DNA of 64,000 nucleotides from an uncultured Gemmataceae bacterium (GCA_963750165.1 CAVVPN010000003.1:1824001-1888000); one strand, 5' to 3'; shown: positions 1 through 10,882, numbered from the stretch's first letter. The notes: a model not told the origin generated them from the sequence alone. Made by a program: numbers and translations.

Positions 1-478
1 GGTCAAAAACGGCAAGGTCTTCGTGCGCGACTTCGACAGCACCAACGGCACCTCCGTCAACGACGAGCCCATCAAGGGCGAGCGGCAGCTCAACCACGCG
101 GACCTGCTCAAGGTCGGGCCGCTGGCCTTCCGCGTGCAGCTGGAAGGTTCGACAGCGGTGAACAAGCCGACGCCAACGCCGCCGCCCCGCAAGCGCGAGC
201 CCAGCGAGGACGACGATGTCGCCGCCATGCTGCTGTCGCTGCAGGACGACAGCACCACCAGCGTCGGCGCGGACTCCGCCGCCGACGTGCAGGTGCCCGA
301 AGGTACGACCATGATGGACATCCCACGGCCGCCGGAGGGCGACGCCGCCAAGGAACCGGCCAAGGCCGAAGCCAAGGCCGAGAACAAGAAACTGGAAGAG
401 GCCAAGAAAGCGAACGCCGACACCTCCGCCGCCGCCAAGGCGATCCTGGAGAAGTACAACCGCCGGACGCGGAGCTGA
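1..478 (+). CDS. FHA domain protein (5' end outside window)
   Basis: Frame open from window start; RDFDSTNGTSVN...L..GDLLKVG FHA core motif followed by acidic/Ala-Lys tail. Confidence 0.85.
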   Translation, partial: VKNGKVFVRDFDSTNGTSVNDEPIKGERQLNHADLLKVGPLAFRVQLEGSTAVNKPTPTPPPRKREPSEDDDVAAMLLSLQDDSTTSVGADSAADVQVPEGTTMMDIPRPPEGDAAKEPAKAEAKAENKKLEEAKKANADTSAAAKAILEKYNRRTRS

Positions 479-489
479 GTGGCGGTCCC

Positions 490-1589
490 GTGAAGCTCTC
501 CCCTGTCGTCCGACAATGGCTGCGGCGGCGCTTGCTGGCGTGGTTCCGCCGGCAAGGCCGTCCCCTGCCCTGGCGCCGGAACCGCGATCCGTACGCCATC
601 TGGGTCAGTGAAGTCATGCTGCAGCAGACCCAGGTGGCGACCGTCATTCCCTTTTTCGAGCGTTTTTTGCGGTCCTTTCCCAGCGTCGCCGCCCTGGCCG
701 CGGCCGACGAGCACGACGTGCTGCGCCACTGGGAGGGTCTCGGCTACTACCGCCGCGCCCGCCAGCTGCACCAGGCCGCGCGCCGCCTGGTCGCCGACTT
801 CGACGGCCGCATTCCCGACGACCCTGCCGCGTTCGGCGCTCTGCCCGGCGTCGGCCGCTACACGCTCGGCGCGGTGCTGTCGCAGGCGTTCGAGCGGCGG
901 CTGCCGATCCTGGAAGCGAACAGCGTGCGGGTGCTGTGCCGGCTGCTCGCCGAGCGTGGCGACCCGCGCGCCCGGAGGTGCAGCGGCGGCTCTGGGAGGC
1001 GGCCGAGACACTGCTGCCGCGGCGGCACGTCGGCGACTTCAACCAGGCACTGATGGAGCTGGGGGCGCTGGTGTGTACGCCGGCGACGCCGGACTGCGCC
1101 GCGTGCCCTTTGGCGGACCTTTGCGAGGCCCGGCGGTTGAAACTGCAGGGGGAGATTCCGCGCAAGGCGCCGCCGCAAGTGGTGGAGGAAGTGAGCGAGG
1201 TGGCGGTGGTGGTGCGGCGCGGCGCGGAGGTGCTGCTGGTGCGACGACCGCCGACGGCCAATCGCTGGGCGAACATGTGGGAGTTTCCACACGGCCCGAC
1301 GCTCGCCGGCGAGACGGACGAGGCGGCGGCGCGGCGGGTGCTGACGGACCTGACCGGCATTGACGCGGAACCGGGGGCGGAGTTGGCGACGATCCGCCAC
1401 GGCGTCACGCGCTTCCGCATCACGATGGTGGCGCTGGAGGCGGCGTATCGCGGTGGGACATTTGCGTCGGCGTTTTACGCGGAGGGGCGCTGGCTGACGC
1501 CGGCGCGGCTGGCGGAGTTCGCGGTCAGTGCGCCGCAGCGGTTGCTGGCGAAGGGGCTGCTGCAACCGCGGCAGGGGCGGTTGTTTTGA
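490..1589 (+). CDS. mutY: A/G-specific adenine DNA glycosylase MutY (1-nt frameshift near 970, probably sequencing error)
   Basis: WVSEVMLQQT, WEGLGYY, HhH LPGVGRYT, NQALMELGALVC-x6-C-x2-CP-x4-C Fe-S motif, NUDIX-like C-terminus split over ORFs 490..1053 and 936..1589. Confidence 0.95.
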
Positions 1590-1706
1590 TGTCCCGGCTC
1601 TGCGGATAACTTGTGCCGTCTCAAGGGGGTTGTTGTGCGAGGTGGCTCGGCCCCTTCGGGGCCAGGATGCTTGAACAGACCCTCCTTTTCCTGGGCATTC
1701 GTCGGT

Positions 1707-2153
1707 TCACTCACCAACCCACCATACCGGAGTCGGAAAGGATCTCCTCCCAACAGGCAACTCTCTACATTCGGCATGAACTCGGCCTGGTTCGACCCGA
1801 AATGACAGACGCAACTGCGCCGGCTTGACGGTCTGGTCCGGCAGTTGGCTGGCGCGCGTTCGGATGTACTGTCCGATTTCCGCGACGGCGGTCGCCGTGA
1901 GTTCCTCCATCACAGACCTTGCCGCAGACTCCCTGACCCCCTCTACACGGAGGTAAAAACACCATTTACCGCCGACAACGCGGGATTCGACAAAGCCCAG
2001 TGAGAGTCGGTCATTGCTGCGACCGAACCCCGTGCCGTAAAACTCGACCAGTCGCACGTCCGCACCGAGTTCGGCCAGCAGTGCTTTTATCTGACGCTTC
2101 GACGGCACGAACGTCCAGTGCAGGGGTAGTTTCTCCAGAACAAATCTTGGCAT
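1707..2153 (-). CDS. hypothetical protein
   Basis: ORF with GGAGGT SD before MPRFVLEK; globular-looking composition, lower GC than neighbours. Confidence 0.55.
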   Translation of the reverse strand: MPRFVLEKLPLHWTFVPSKRQIKALLAELGADVRLVEFYGTGFGRSNDRLSLGFVESRVVGGKWCFYLRVEGVRESAARSVMEELTATAVAEIGQYIRTRASQLPDQTVKPAQLRLSFRVEPGRVHAECRELPVGRRSFPTPVWWVGE

Positions 2154-2188
2154 TCCCACCACCTCCACGGCTCAACATAAGGATCGCG

Positions 2189-3483
2189 CTACGCCAGCGT
2201 CCCGCCGAAGCGCTCCGCCGTGCCCCACAGCCCGAGCCCCGGGTTCGAGATGTAAAACACTTCCTCGCCGTCCGGCAGTGTGTTCCAGCCGTCGCGCAGT
2301 TTCGCCGGTGGGTAACGCTCCGTCAGCGTCGCCACGTCGCCGAAGCGGAAGCCGACGCCCTCGATGTCCTCACGGCTCAGGTGTCCCGGGCAGTACGTGA
2401 CCGTGAAGCGCCCCTCCGTCGAGCCGTGAATCAGGTGCGCCGCCGCCGACAGGTTGACGGCCAGCTCCGGCTCGCGCCGCACCTGCTCCAGCGTCGCCGC
2501 CGCGCCGCGGTAGCCGAAGCGGCGGATGAGCCGGTCGATGGTCGGGTCCTCGCCGAACGTCCGCACGCCCGGCGCCAGCACCACCAGTTCGCCGCCGTCC
2601 GCGACCGCCAGCCGCGTCCGATAAATCGCCTTGTTGCCCAGCCAGGTGGACTTGTACTCCAGCGGGTCGAGAGACACGACCACCTTGCGCGCGCCCGGTC
2701 GAGCACGTCCAGGTTGACGCTCCGGCACAGGTCGGCGCCGCTGTGGAAGCAGGCCGTGTCGTCGCCGGCGAACAGGCCGCGCGTCACCAGGCGACCGTCC
2801 GCCGCCCGGCCACGCACCGTCAGCAGATACACCAGCGGCAAGTGCTTCGCCAGCCGATCGCCGGCGTAGTCGAGGACGGCGCGCACCGGCGTGCGGGCGC
2901 GGCCGAGCGTCTGTTCGATACCGTGGACCGCCCCGAGCCAGTGCGTCTTGTTAATCAGGTCGCTGCCGCCTGCGCCGACGAAGACGTTCTTGGCGTGGTT
3001 GGCGATGCCCGCGACCTCATGCGGCACCAGCTGGCCGACCGAGATGATCGCATCCCACTGCCCCTCCACCAGCAGCCGATCCACCTCGACGCGGATGGGG
3101 TAGTCGAGCCGGCCCGCGGACACTTCCTGAACGAAGGCCGACGGCACCTCGCCGAGCGGCACGACGCCGTGACGCCAGTCGTGGGCGTGGAAAAGGCTGC
3201 GCGGCACGCCGGCGTACATGTGTTCAATCTCGGCGGCGGTCATCGGCTCATGGGTGCCGGTGGCCGGCAGCACCGCCACGGTGGCGTCGCCGCGCAGTTG
3301 CTCGTACAGCGAGGAGGTGAGGAAGCCGGCCCACGAGTGCAGCCGCGTCACGTCCGGCGGCAAGAGCAGCACGCGCCGTAGCGGCCCGCGCTGGCGCAAC
3401 CGCTCCAGCAAGCTGCGGACGAGTTCCGCGGCCCGCCCCTCGTCGATCTCGGCCGTCGCCGAACCTTCACGGATATATTCCAT
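2189..3483 (-). CDS. lactate racemase (LarA/DUF2088) domain protein (frameshift near 2690)
   Basis: LLLPPDVTRLHS, PATGTH, VPHEVAGIANHAKN, then YKSTWLGNKAIYRTR in the second frame; ORFs 2431..3483 and 2189..2728 join at LDRA/RKVV. Confidence 0.8.
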
Positions 3484-3680
3484 GACACCCTCCGTCGCCG
3501 TGCCCTGTTGCTCCTGGTATTATCTCAGCGCCGGCGGGCTTTTCCAGGTAATGCGTCTGGTTGGTCCGAGCCCGAGCGCCAGCGCGGGGCCCGCTTGGCC
3601 CCGCGCTGGCGCTCGGGCTCGGACCAATCACATACATTCATAGCGATGCGGTGTTACACGGCGGAGGAAGGGGGAGCCGT

Positions 3681-4136
3681 ATGATAACGATGATCCGGCG
3701 CATGCTGGTGCTGGTGGCGCTGATGTTCTGGCAGGGCGGCTTCACGTTTTACGCCGCGGTGGTGGTGCCGGTCGGCAGCAGCGTGCTCGGCTCGCACCGG
3801 GAGCAGGGCGCGATCACTCGCCACGTGACCAACTACCTCAACCTGGCGGCCGCCGTGGCGCTGGTGCCGCTGGCCTGGGAGGCGGCCGCGGGACGGCGGC
3901 GCCGGCCGCGCTGGGCGTGCTGGCTGGGCATGGCGTTGACGCTGGCGGCGCTGGCCGTGCTGCACTTTTATCTGGACGAGCTGTTCGACCGCGACCTCGC
4001 CGGCAGCGCGGATCGCCCGGCGTTCGCAGTCGGGCACCGCTGGTATCTGTGGGTCAGCACGGCGCAGTGGGCCTGTGCGGTGGGCTACCTTGTGCTGACG
4101 CTGCTGGCCTGGCGGGAGGAAGACGGCGCCCGGTAG
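3681..4136 (+). CDS. membrane protein (DUF4149-like)
   Basis: Four hydrophobic segments, FWQGGFTFYAAVVVPVG; GGAG SD. Confidence 0.65.
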   Translation: MITMIRRMLVLVALMFWQGGFTFYAAVVVPVGSSVLGSHREQGAITRHVTNYLNLAAAVALVPLAWEAAAGRRRRPRWACWLGMALTLAALAVLHFYLDELFDRDLAGSADRPAFAVGHRWYLWVSTAQWACAVGYLVLTLLAWREEDGAR

Positions 4137-4146
4137 GGAGATGCGC

Positions 4147-4566
4147 ATGAACTGGTTGACGTGGGCGCTGCTGTCGGCGCTGTTCGCGGGGCTGACGGCG
4201 GTGCTGGCCAAGGTGGGCGTCAAGGACGTGGACTCGAACCTGGCCCTGGCGATCCGCACGACGGTGGTGCTGCTGTTCACCTGGGGCCTGGCGCTGGCGC
4301 TCGACGCGCAGGCGCTGCACACGATCACGACGCGGGCCTGGGTGTATCTGACGCTATCGGGGCTGGCGACGGGAGCGTCGTGGCTGTGTTATTTTCGGGC
4401 GCTGCAACTGGGGGAGGTGTCGAAGGTGGCGCCGATCGACAAGTTGAGTGTGGTGGTGGCGATGGTGCTGGCGTTCCTGGTGCTGGGCGAACGGTTTAGC
4501 TGGCAGCAGTGGCTCGGCGGCGGGTTGATCGTCGCCGGCACGCTGGTGCTGGCGTACTGGGGTTGA
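4147..4566 (+). CDS. EamA/DMT family transporter
   Basis: ALLSALFAGLTAVLAKVG...SWLCYFRALQLG...VAPIDKLSVV signature. Confidence 0.9.
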   Translation: MNWLTWALLSALFAGLTAVLAKVGVKDVDSNLALAIRTTVVLLFTWGLALALDAQALHTITTRAWVYLTLSGLATGASWLCYFRALQLGEVSKVAPIDKLSVVVAMVLAFLVLGERFSWQQWLGGGLIVAGTLVLAYWG

Positions 4567-4633
4567 GAACCAGCAAATCCAGAAGCCCCGTTGACGGTTC
4601 GCGCAGACAGCAGTCCAAGCTCCGGGATCGGTC

Positions 4634-5908
4634 ATGAACTTTTCCAACCGCTGGGTGCAGCTCATCACCGGGATCACGGGCATGGTTGCCGTCGCCAATT
4701 TTCAGTATTCCTGGACGCTGTTTGTGCTGCCGTTGCAACAGCGACATGGTTGGGAGGAATTGGCTATTCAAAAAGCCCTGTATTTCTTCTTCGTGCCGGC
4801 ACAAACCTGGCTGGTGCCCCTGGAAGGGTATCTGGCCGAGCGCTTCGGCCCACGGAAACTCCTGATTAGCGGCGGCGTCCTGGCCGGTCTCGGCTGGATC
4901 ATCAATGCCGGTGCGTCATCGCTACCCATCCTGTATGCGGCCCAGGTGCTGGCGGGCTGCGGTTCGGGGGTCGTCTACAGCATCAGCATGGGCAATGCCT
5001 TGAAATGGTTCCCGGATCGGCGCGGCCTGGCGGCTGGCCTCACGGCCGCGGCTTTCGGAGCAGGAGCGGCGGCCACGGTTCGGCCGGTGCGGTGGACCAT
5101 CCTGCAGCACGGTTACGAACAGGCTTTTTTGTGGTTCGGCCTGGGCCAGGGACTGGTGATTATCCTCGCCGCGCTGTTCATGCGTTTTCCCAGGCCCGAT
5201 GAAGTGCCGGCACAAAAGATCCAATCGAGGGTTTTGCAGTCGGGCCGCGAATACACCCCGGGTGAAATGTTGCGCTCCCCGGGTTTCTGGCTCATCTATT
5301 TCATGATGATGATGGGAGCGATCCCCGGCCTGCTGATGCTCGGATATATCGCGCCGATGGCCGTCCATTTCGGCATTGCCGAGAAGCCCGTCACGCTCTT
5401 GTGGGTTAGCTCGGCCGCCTTGCCACTGGCCATGGAACTGGATCGCGTCATGGGCGGCCTCACCCGGCCGGTGTGCGGTTGGATTTCCGACCACATCGGC
5501 CGGGAAATTGCCATTTTCCTGGCCTTCACCATTGAAGGCTGCGCGCTGTTGTTGCTCATCCAGTTCGCCCACGAACCAATGATGTTCGTCCTCATGACCG
5601 GACTGGCCTTCTTCGGTTGGGGCGCGGTCTTCAGTCTCTTCCCGGCCGTGAGCGGCGACATGTTCGGCCGCAAGTTCGCCACGACCAATTACAGTTTGCT
5701 CTACACCGCCAAGGGGGGCGCCTCGTTGCTGGTGATCCTCTGTTACCTTTTGCGTCTGCAAACCCGCAGCTGGGTTCCCGTCTTCGCCGTGATGACCGCT
5801 GCCGACGGCATCGCAGCTTTGCTGGCGCTGTTTGTGCTGCGACCCTTGCGAGCGCGGCTGGCCAAGAGGGAAGAGGATACACGCGCGAGCGTGATAGACC
5901 TTGGTTGA
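4634..5908 (+). CDS. oxlT: oxalate:formate antiporter (OFA) family MFS transporter
   Basis: NRWVQL..G..MVAVAN.QYSWTLFV, GNALKWFPDRRGLAAGLTAAAFGAG, D.FGRKFATTNYSLLYTAKG motifs typical of OxlT-like proteins. Confidence 0.85.
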   Translation: MNFSNRWVQLITGITGMVAVANFQYSWTLFVLPLQQRHGWEELAIQKALYFFFVPAQTWLVPLEGYLAERFGPRKLLISGGVLAGLGWIINAGASSLPILYAAQVLAGCGSGVVYSISMGNALKWFPDRRGLAAGLTAAAFGAGAAATVRPVRWTILQHGYEQAFLWFGLGQGLVIILAALFMRFPRPDEVPAQKIQSRVLQSGREYTPGEMLRSPGFWLIYFMMMMGAIPGLLMLGYIAPMAVHFGIAEKPVTLLWVSSAALPLAMELDRVMGGLTRPVCGWISDHIGREIAIFLAFTIEGCALLLLIQFAHEPMMFVLMTGLAFFGWGAVFSLFPAVSGDMFGRKFATTNYSLLYTAKGGASLLVILCYLLRLQTRSWVPVFAVMTAADGIAALLALFVLRPLRARLAKREEDTRASVIDLG

Positions 5909-5970
5909 ATGCCGCAGCAATGATGCCACAACACCATTCTACCGCGAGTCTTGACACGAAGCCAGGAATC

Positions 5971-7470
5971 CTATTGGCTCTTCAGAAAATGCGCCGCCAC
6001 GTGCCGGCGTTGGATCTTCCCCGTCGCCGTGCGCGGCACCGCCTCGGTGATGTGAATCACCTTCGGCACCTTGAAATCCGCCAGTCGCTTCAGGCAAAAC
6101 GCCTGAATCTCCGCAGGGGTCGCTGGCCCCTTCAGCACGACCGCTGCTTGCACTTCCTCGCCGTACTTGGCGTCCGGGGCCGCGAACGCTACCGCTTCGA
6201 CTACCGCGGGATGTTCCAGCAAGGTAGCGTCCACCTCAAGCGGGGAGATCTTTTCGCCGCCGCGATTGATCAACTCCTTGAGTCGGCCGGTCAGCATCAA
6301 GTAGCCATTCTCATCGAGGACACCCTGATCGCCCGTGCGAAAATAGCCATCGTAAAACGAGGTCTGGTTCGCCTCGGGGTTGTTGAGGTAGCCGTGCATG
6401 ACATTGTTGCCGCGGATGGTAACTTCACCCTGGTTTCCGACCGGCAGCATTTGGCCCTGCTCGTCGCGGATAACGATATCCACGCCAGTTCCCTTGCCCA
6501 CGCAGCCTGGTTTGCGCGGCCCCGGTGGCAATGGGTTGGAGGCCATTTGATGGGCAGCCTCGGTCATGCCGTAGGCTTCCAGCACCGGAGCGCCGAAGCG
6601 TTCTTCCAGTTGATGAAACACCGCCGGCGCCAGGGCCGAACTGCACGAACGGATAAAGCGCAGGCCGCGCGCGGGGCGTTATCTTGATCGGCCCGTCCCA
6701 GGAGAATCTGATGGATGGTTGGTACCGCGGAGTACCAGGTCACGTGATACCTGACCGCCGTCTGCCAGAACGCGCCGGCGGAGAAGCGCGCGGGCACCAC
6801 CACGGCCCCCCCGGTGTGCAGCGTGGACAGGGTCGCGCCGATCAGTCCGTGGACGTGAAAGAGCGGCATGACGATCAGGCTGCGGTCGCGCGGCGTGAGC
6901 TGGTACGTGGCCGCAATGTTGGCGATCGACGCCATCAGGTTGCCGTGCGTGAGCGGCACGCCCTTCGGCCTGCTGGTGGTGCCGCTGGTGTGCAAGAACA
7001 AAGCGACATCGCCAGACTTCGGCGCGGAGCGGTCGTGGTTCGGCGTGGATGGGTCGGTCTGCGACTGCACGAAAACCTGGCCCTGGGCGTTGAGACCACA
7101 TTCCCAGATCGGAATCTGCAACTGGCGGGCGGCTTCGCGCGGGATGATCGCCCGGCGAAACCATGATCGCTCTGGCGCCGGCGTCCTCCAGGTAGAAGCG
7201 AAATTCCTCGACCTTGTACGTCGGATTGAGCGGCGCCGCGACGGCGCGCGCCCACGTCGTGGCCAGGAACGCGACGAGAAACTCCAGGTTGTTGGGCAGC
7301 ACAATCGCGATCGGTTCCCCAGCCTGGACACCCCCTTCGCGCAGTGCCGCCGTCACGGCTTCGAGCTGGTGTTGCAGTTGCCCGTAGGTCACCTCGGGGC
7401 CATCGGGAATGAACACTGCCGGCTGGGACGCGAACTCTCGCGACCACAAGTTCATCAAGGTAGAATCCAT
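5971..7470 (-). CDS. acyl-CoA synthetase, oxalate-CoA ligase-like (AAE3/Pcs60 type); frameshifts near 7140 and 6670
   Basis: LFLHTSGTTSRPKGVPLTH, PLFHVHGL, WYSAVPTIHQILL, LRFIRSCSS, EAYGMTEAAHQMASNPLP, GRLKELINRGGEKISP spread across three frames. Confidence 0.85.
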
Positions 7471-7503
7471 GGGTTTTCCGCAAAGAAGGAATGATTGGGG
7501 CAT

Positions 7504-7650
7504 TCATTTCTGCTGGCCGTAACAGCCCAGATCACCGTAGCCGAGGTCGTCCGCCAGGATGAAAATGAGGTTGGGCTTGCGGCGTTGCTTGCCCTGGGCG
7601 GTCGCCAGCCCCGAGGCCGCCAGCAGCGCAACCACAACGATGCGTCTCAT
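7504..7650 (-). pseudogene. truncated arylsulfatase N-terminus (48 codons)
   Basis: Manual translation [52 protein letters not shown]: signal peptide plus sulfatase PN-x4[13 protein letters not shown] motif; GGAG SD upstream. Confidence 0.85.
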
Positions 7651-7711
7651 GGATGACTCCTGCAAGGTGTCGTCATTCAGGTAGGGACATCATTACCGGA
7701 AGAGGTTGCCC

Positions 7712-8803
7712 GTGTCTAACGATCTGTTCGCCGAGCCACCGCTGTTGACCGCCGATCTGCCCGGCATCGGCGGCCGCATCAAGTCCCAGCCCGAGGACTT
7801 CGAGGTTGAAGAAATCCCCGCTTACGAGCCCGCCGGCGCCGGCGATCACCTGTTCCTGTGGGTCGAGAAGCGCGACATGGGCGCCGAGTATTTCGCCCGC
7901 CAGCTGGCGCAGCGGCTCGGCATCCCAACCGGCGCCGTCGGCACCGCCGGCATGAAGGATCGTCACGCGGTCACGCGGCAATGGGTGTCGGTGCCGGCGG
8001 AGGCGGAGGCGCAGTTGCCGCGACTGGACGGCGACGGCCTCCGTGTGCTGCGTGTCAGCCGTCACGGCAACAAGCTCAAGGCGGGCCACCTGCACGGCAA
8101 CCGCTTCCGCATCCTGATCCGCGAACCGTCCGCGGGGGACGACCTGGCCGGCCGTGCCGAACGCATCCTCGACCGTCTGCGCCAGCACGGCCTGCCGAAT
8201 TTCTACGGCCCGCAGCGCTTCGGCCGCGACGGCGAGACGCTGAAGCTGGGGCTGGCACTGCTGCTGGGCGAACCGCCGACCGTCCCCGGTTCGGATCGCC
8301 GGCCCCACGTGCGCAGCCCGTTCCTGCGGAAGCTGGCGCTGTCGGCGGTCCAGTCGGCGTTGTTCAACCGTTACCTGGCGCGGCGGTTGGCGGACGGTCT
8401 GCTGCGGCGCGTGCTGCCCGGCGACGTGATGGCGAAATGGCCCTTCGGCGGCATGTTCGTCGCTGCCGATGTGCCGCGCGAACAGGAGCGCTTCGACGTG
8501 CGCGAGACGGTAACGGCCGGTCCGATCTTCGGCCGCAAAACGTTCGCCGCCAAGGACGAGGCGGCGTGGCGCGAGACGGAGGTGCTCGCCGAGGCGGCGC
8601 TGAGCATCAGCGCGTTTCACGGCTTCGGCAAGTTGGTGCAGGGGACGCGGCGGCACAACCTCATTTACGTCGATGACCTGACCGCGGCGGTGGAGCCGGA
8701 GGGGGTGCGGTTGCGCTTCAGCCTGCCGGCCGGCAGTTACGCGACGGTGCTGCTGCGCGAGCTGGTCAAGGGTGCGATTGCCGACGCGGATGAAAACGGT
8801 TGA
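7712..8803 (+). CDS. truD: tRNA pseudouridine(13) synthase
   Basis: PEDFEVEEI, AGMKDRHAVTRQW, GNRFRI, PNFYGPQRFG, FSLPAGSYATVLLREL. Confidence 0.95.
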   Translation: MSNDLFAEPPLLTADLPGIGGRIKSQPEDFEVEEIPAYEPAGAGDHLFLWVEKRDMGAEYFARQLAQRLGIPTGAVGTAGMKDRHAVTRQWVSVPAEAEAQLPRLDGDGLRVLRVSRHGNKLKAGHLHGNRFRILIREPSAGDDLAGRAERILDRLRQHGLPNFYGPQRFGRDGETLKLGLALLLGEPPTVPGSDRRPHVRSPFLRKLALSAVQSALFNRYLARRLADGLLRRVLPGDVMAKWPFGGMFVAADVPREQERFDVRETVTAGPIFGRKTFAAKDEAAWRETEVLAEAALSISAFHGFGKLVQGTRRHNLIYVDDLTAAVEPEGVRLRFSLPAGSYATVLLRELVKGAIADADENG

Positions 8804-8981
8804 ACCGGTCACCCGCAACCTGCGCCGTTTACCGGCGTTCCACGCTCCCAGCGCAGGACCGGCACTCGTCTTTTTCCGAACGGCGGTTCGTGGTACAAGC
8901 CCCGCGGAAACAGGGAAACTCCCGGCATCGGCGGCCCGGAACCGCTGGCGCCAGCCCCCTCCCGCCGGAACAGGAACCGTC

Positions 8982-9455
8982 ATGGACGACCGCCATCCCG
9001 CCCTTGAGGGCGACCTCCTCCCGCCCCCGCGTCTGCTCGACACCCCCGACGCCGAGCCCGAGTTGCCGGCCGACTTCGCGCCGCTGCGCCTGCGGTTGCA
9101 ACCCGGCGGCCTGTCCGTCGAACTGACCCGGCCCAGCGTGCTCATCGGCCGCCACAGTGACGCCGACGTGCGCCTGGCGCTGCCGGACGTCAGCCGCCGC
9201 CACTGCCGGTTCGTCTTCGCGGACGGCGGCTGGCAGGTGCAGGATCTGAACAGCCTCAACGGCGTCTGGGTGAACGGCGAACGGTTACAGCACGCGGCGC
9301 TGACGCAGAACGACTTCGTGCGCATCGGCAGTCTGACGTTTCTGGTGGACCTCGGCCGAACCGCGGTCGCCGACCCCGACGAGGGCGCGGCGGTGTACAA
9401 GAGCATTACCAACATCCTGCCGGGGCCACGCGGCGATCAGCGCAAGGCGTCCTGA
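8982..9455 (+). CDS. FHA domain protein
   Basis: IGRHSDADVRL..PDVSRRHC...DLNSLNGVWVNG. Confidence 0.9.
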   Translation: MDDRHPALEGDLLPPPRLLDTPDAEPELPADFAPLRLRLQPGGLSVELTRPSVLIGRHSDADVRLALPDVSRRHCRFVFADGGWQVQDLNSLNGVWVNGERLQHAALTQNDFVRIGSLTFLVDLGRTAVADPDEGAAVYKSITNILPGPRGDQRKAS

Positions 9456-9483
9456 GCGCGAGCCGACAGCCGGCGTCCGACCG

Positions 9484-9789
9484 TCAAGGGGTTTTCTTGC
9501 TGCGCTTACCCCTGGGTTTGGGCGGCGGGTCGCCGAACAACTCGGCCCAGTTCGACACCTCAAGCACGCGCCGCAACAACCGCCGCAACTCCTCCACGTC
9601 GGCAACTGACGACAGCCGTTGTTGAACGTTCGGCTCCGGCACACCGAACCGCTGTGTGCCCAGATCCAGCAAGTCTTCGCGTTTGCCCTTGATGACTCCT
9701 TCACGCACAATCGCCTGATAGGTCACGGACTCTTCCATGGAACCAACCCTCCGCTGCAAGTGACGGGCGAACTCCGCACCTCCAGCCAC
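9484..9789 (-). pseudogene. C-terminal fragment of Rpn/DUF4351-like protein
   Basis: MEESVTYQAIVREG...G.QRFG.P...L..V.D.E.L..L..R.L...W.ELF resembles the C-terminus of recombination-promoting-nuclease-like proteins; no N-terminal domain. Confidence 0.55.
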
Positions 9790-9935
9790 CAGCGCCCGGA
9801 ACCGAGCCGCTGCCGCTGCGACTGTCGCATCATAAAATCCCTCTACAGACCATTCCTCGGGGCCCTCTCTTTGTGGCCGGTCCCTGGCGCGTTGTCAAGG
9901 ATGCCACCGCCCGGCCCAGATCGGAAGAGACGCCG

Positions 9936-10817
9936 ATGAGCAATCTTCTCGCCGCCACCCCCAGTCCCGGCCGCCGCCTGCGCCAGGCCTGGGCCGAGCA
10001 ACCCCTGATGTTGCCCGGCGTCTTCAACGCCCTGGCGGTGCGCATGGCCGAGCGCCTTGGCCACCGGGCCGTCTACCTGTCCGGCGGCGCGCTTTCTGCG
10101 GCCAGCGGCGTGCCCGACATCGGTCTGCTGTCGCTGCCGGAGTTCGTCGAGGAGGCCCGCCGTCTTACCGCCGCCACGGCGCTGCCGCTGCTGTGCGACG
10201 CGGACACCGGCTTCGGCGAAACGGTCAATGTCGAGCGCACCGTGCGGCTGTTCGAGGCCGCCGGCGTCGCGGGCATTCACCTGGAGGACCAGCAGCTGCC
10301 GAAGCGCTGCGGTCACCTGTCCGGCAAGAGCCTGGTCGAGCCCGAGGCGATGGCTGCCAAGCTCCGCGCCGCCGCCGCCGCCCGCCGCGATCCCGACTTC
10401 GTTCTCATCGCTCGCACCGACGCCCGCGGCGTCACCGGCTTCGACGACGCCGTGCGCCGCGCGCGCCTGTACCTGCAAGCGGGCGCCGACGCCATCTTCC
10501 CCGAGGCGCTGGAGAGCGGCGACGAGTTCGCCGCGTTCGCGCGCGAGGTGCGCGCGCCGCTACTGGCCAACAACACCGAGTTCGGCCGCAGTCCCAATCT
10601 TGACTTCGCGGAGTTCGCCCGTCTGGGATATCGAATGGTGCTGTATCCGCTGACGGCCTTCCGCGCCGCCATGCGCGCCGCCCAGGACACGCTGCGCGAA
10701 CTGCTGGAGCGCGGCCAGCAGCGCGACCGCATTCCGCAGATGCTGTCGCGTCAGGAACTGTACGACCTGCTGGGCTACGCCGACTACGAGGCCCGTGATC
10801 GGAGTTATTTTGGCTAG
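9936..10817 (+). CDS. prpB: 2-methylisocitrate lyase
   Basis: YLSGGALS, DADTGFG, HLEDQQLPKRCGHL catalytic motif, IARTDA, IFPEAL. Confidence 0.92.
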   Translation: MSNLLAATPSPGRRLRQAWAEQPLMLPGVFNALAVRMAERLGHRAVYLSGGALSAASGVPDIGLLSLPEFVEEARRLTAATALPLLCDADTGFGETVNVERTVRLFEAAGVAGIHLEDQQLPKRCGHLSGKSLVEPEAMAAKLRAAAAARRDPDFVLIARTDARGVTGFDDAVRRARLYLQAGADAIFPEALESGDEFAAFAREVRAPLLANNTEFGRSPNLDFAEFARLGYRMVLYPLTAFRAAMRAAQDTLRELLERGQQRDRIPQMLSRQELYDLLGYADYEARDRSYFG

Positions 10818-10830
10818 GACGATTGTCTTC

Positions 10831-10862
10831 CTCCCCTCTCCCCCTGAAGGGGGAGAGGGGAG
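10831..10862. repeat. REP-like palindrome CCCCTCTCCCCCTGAAGGGGGAGAGGGG
   Basis: Perfect hairpin; family copies at ~16618-16648, 21195-21240, 43796-43911 and a looser copy at 37795-37828. Confidence 0.85.
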
Positions 10863-10882
10863 AAAACAGCAAGGACCCACGC

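Noticed and set aside
7673..9415. Long antisense ORFs (e.g. 7673..9415, 28883..30496, 48350..50404, 57510..59600)
   Set aside because: Shadow frames of real high-GC genes on the opposite strand; Arg/Ala/Gly-rich with no recognisable motifs
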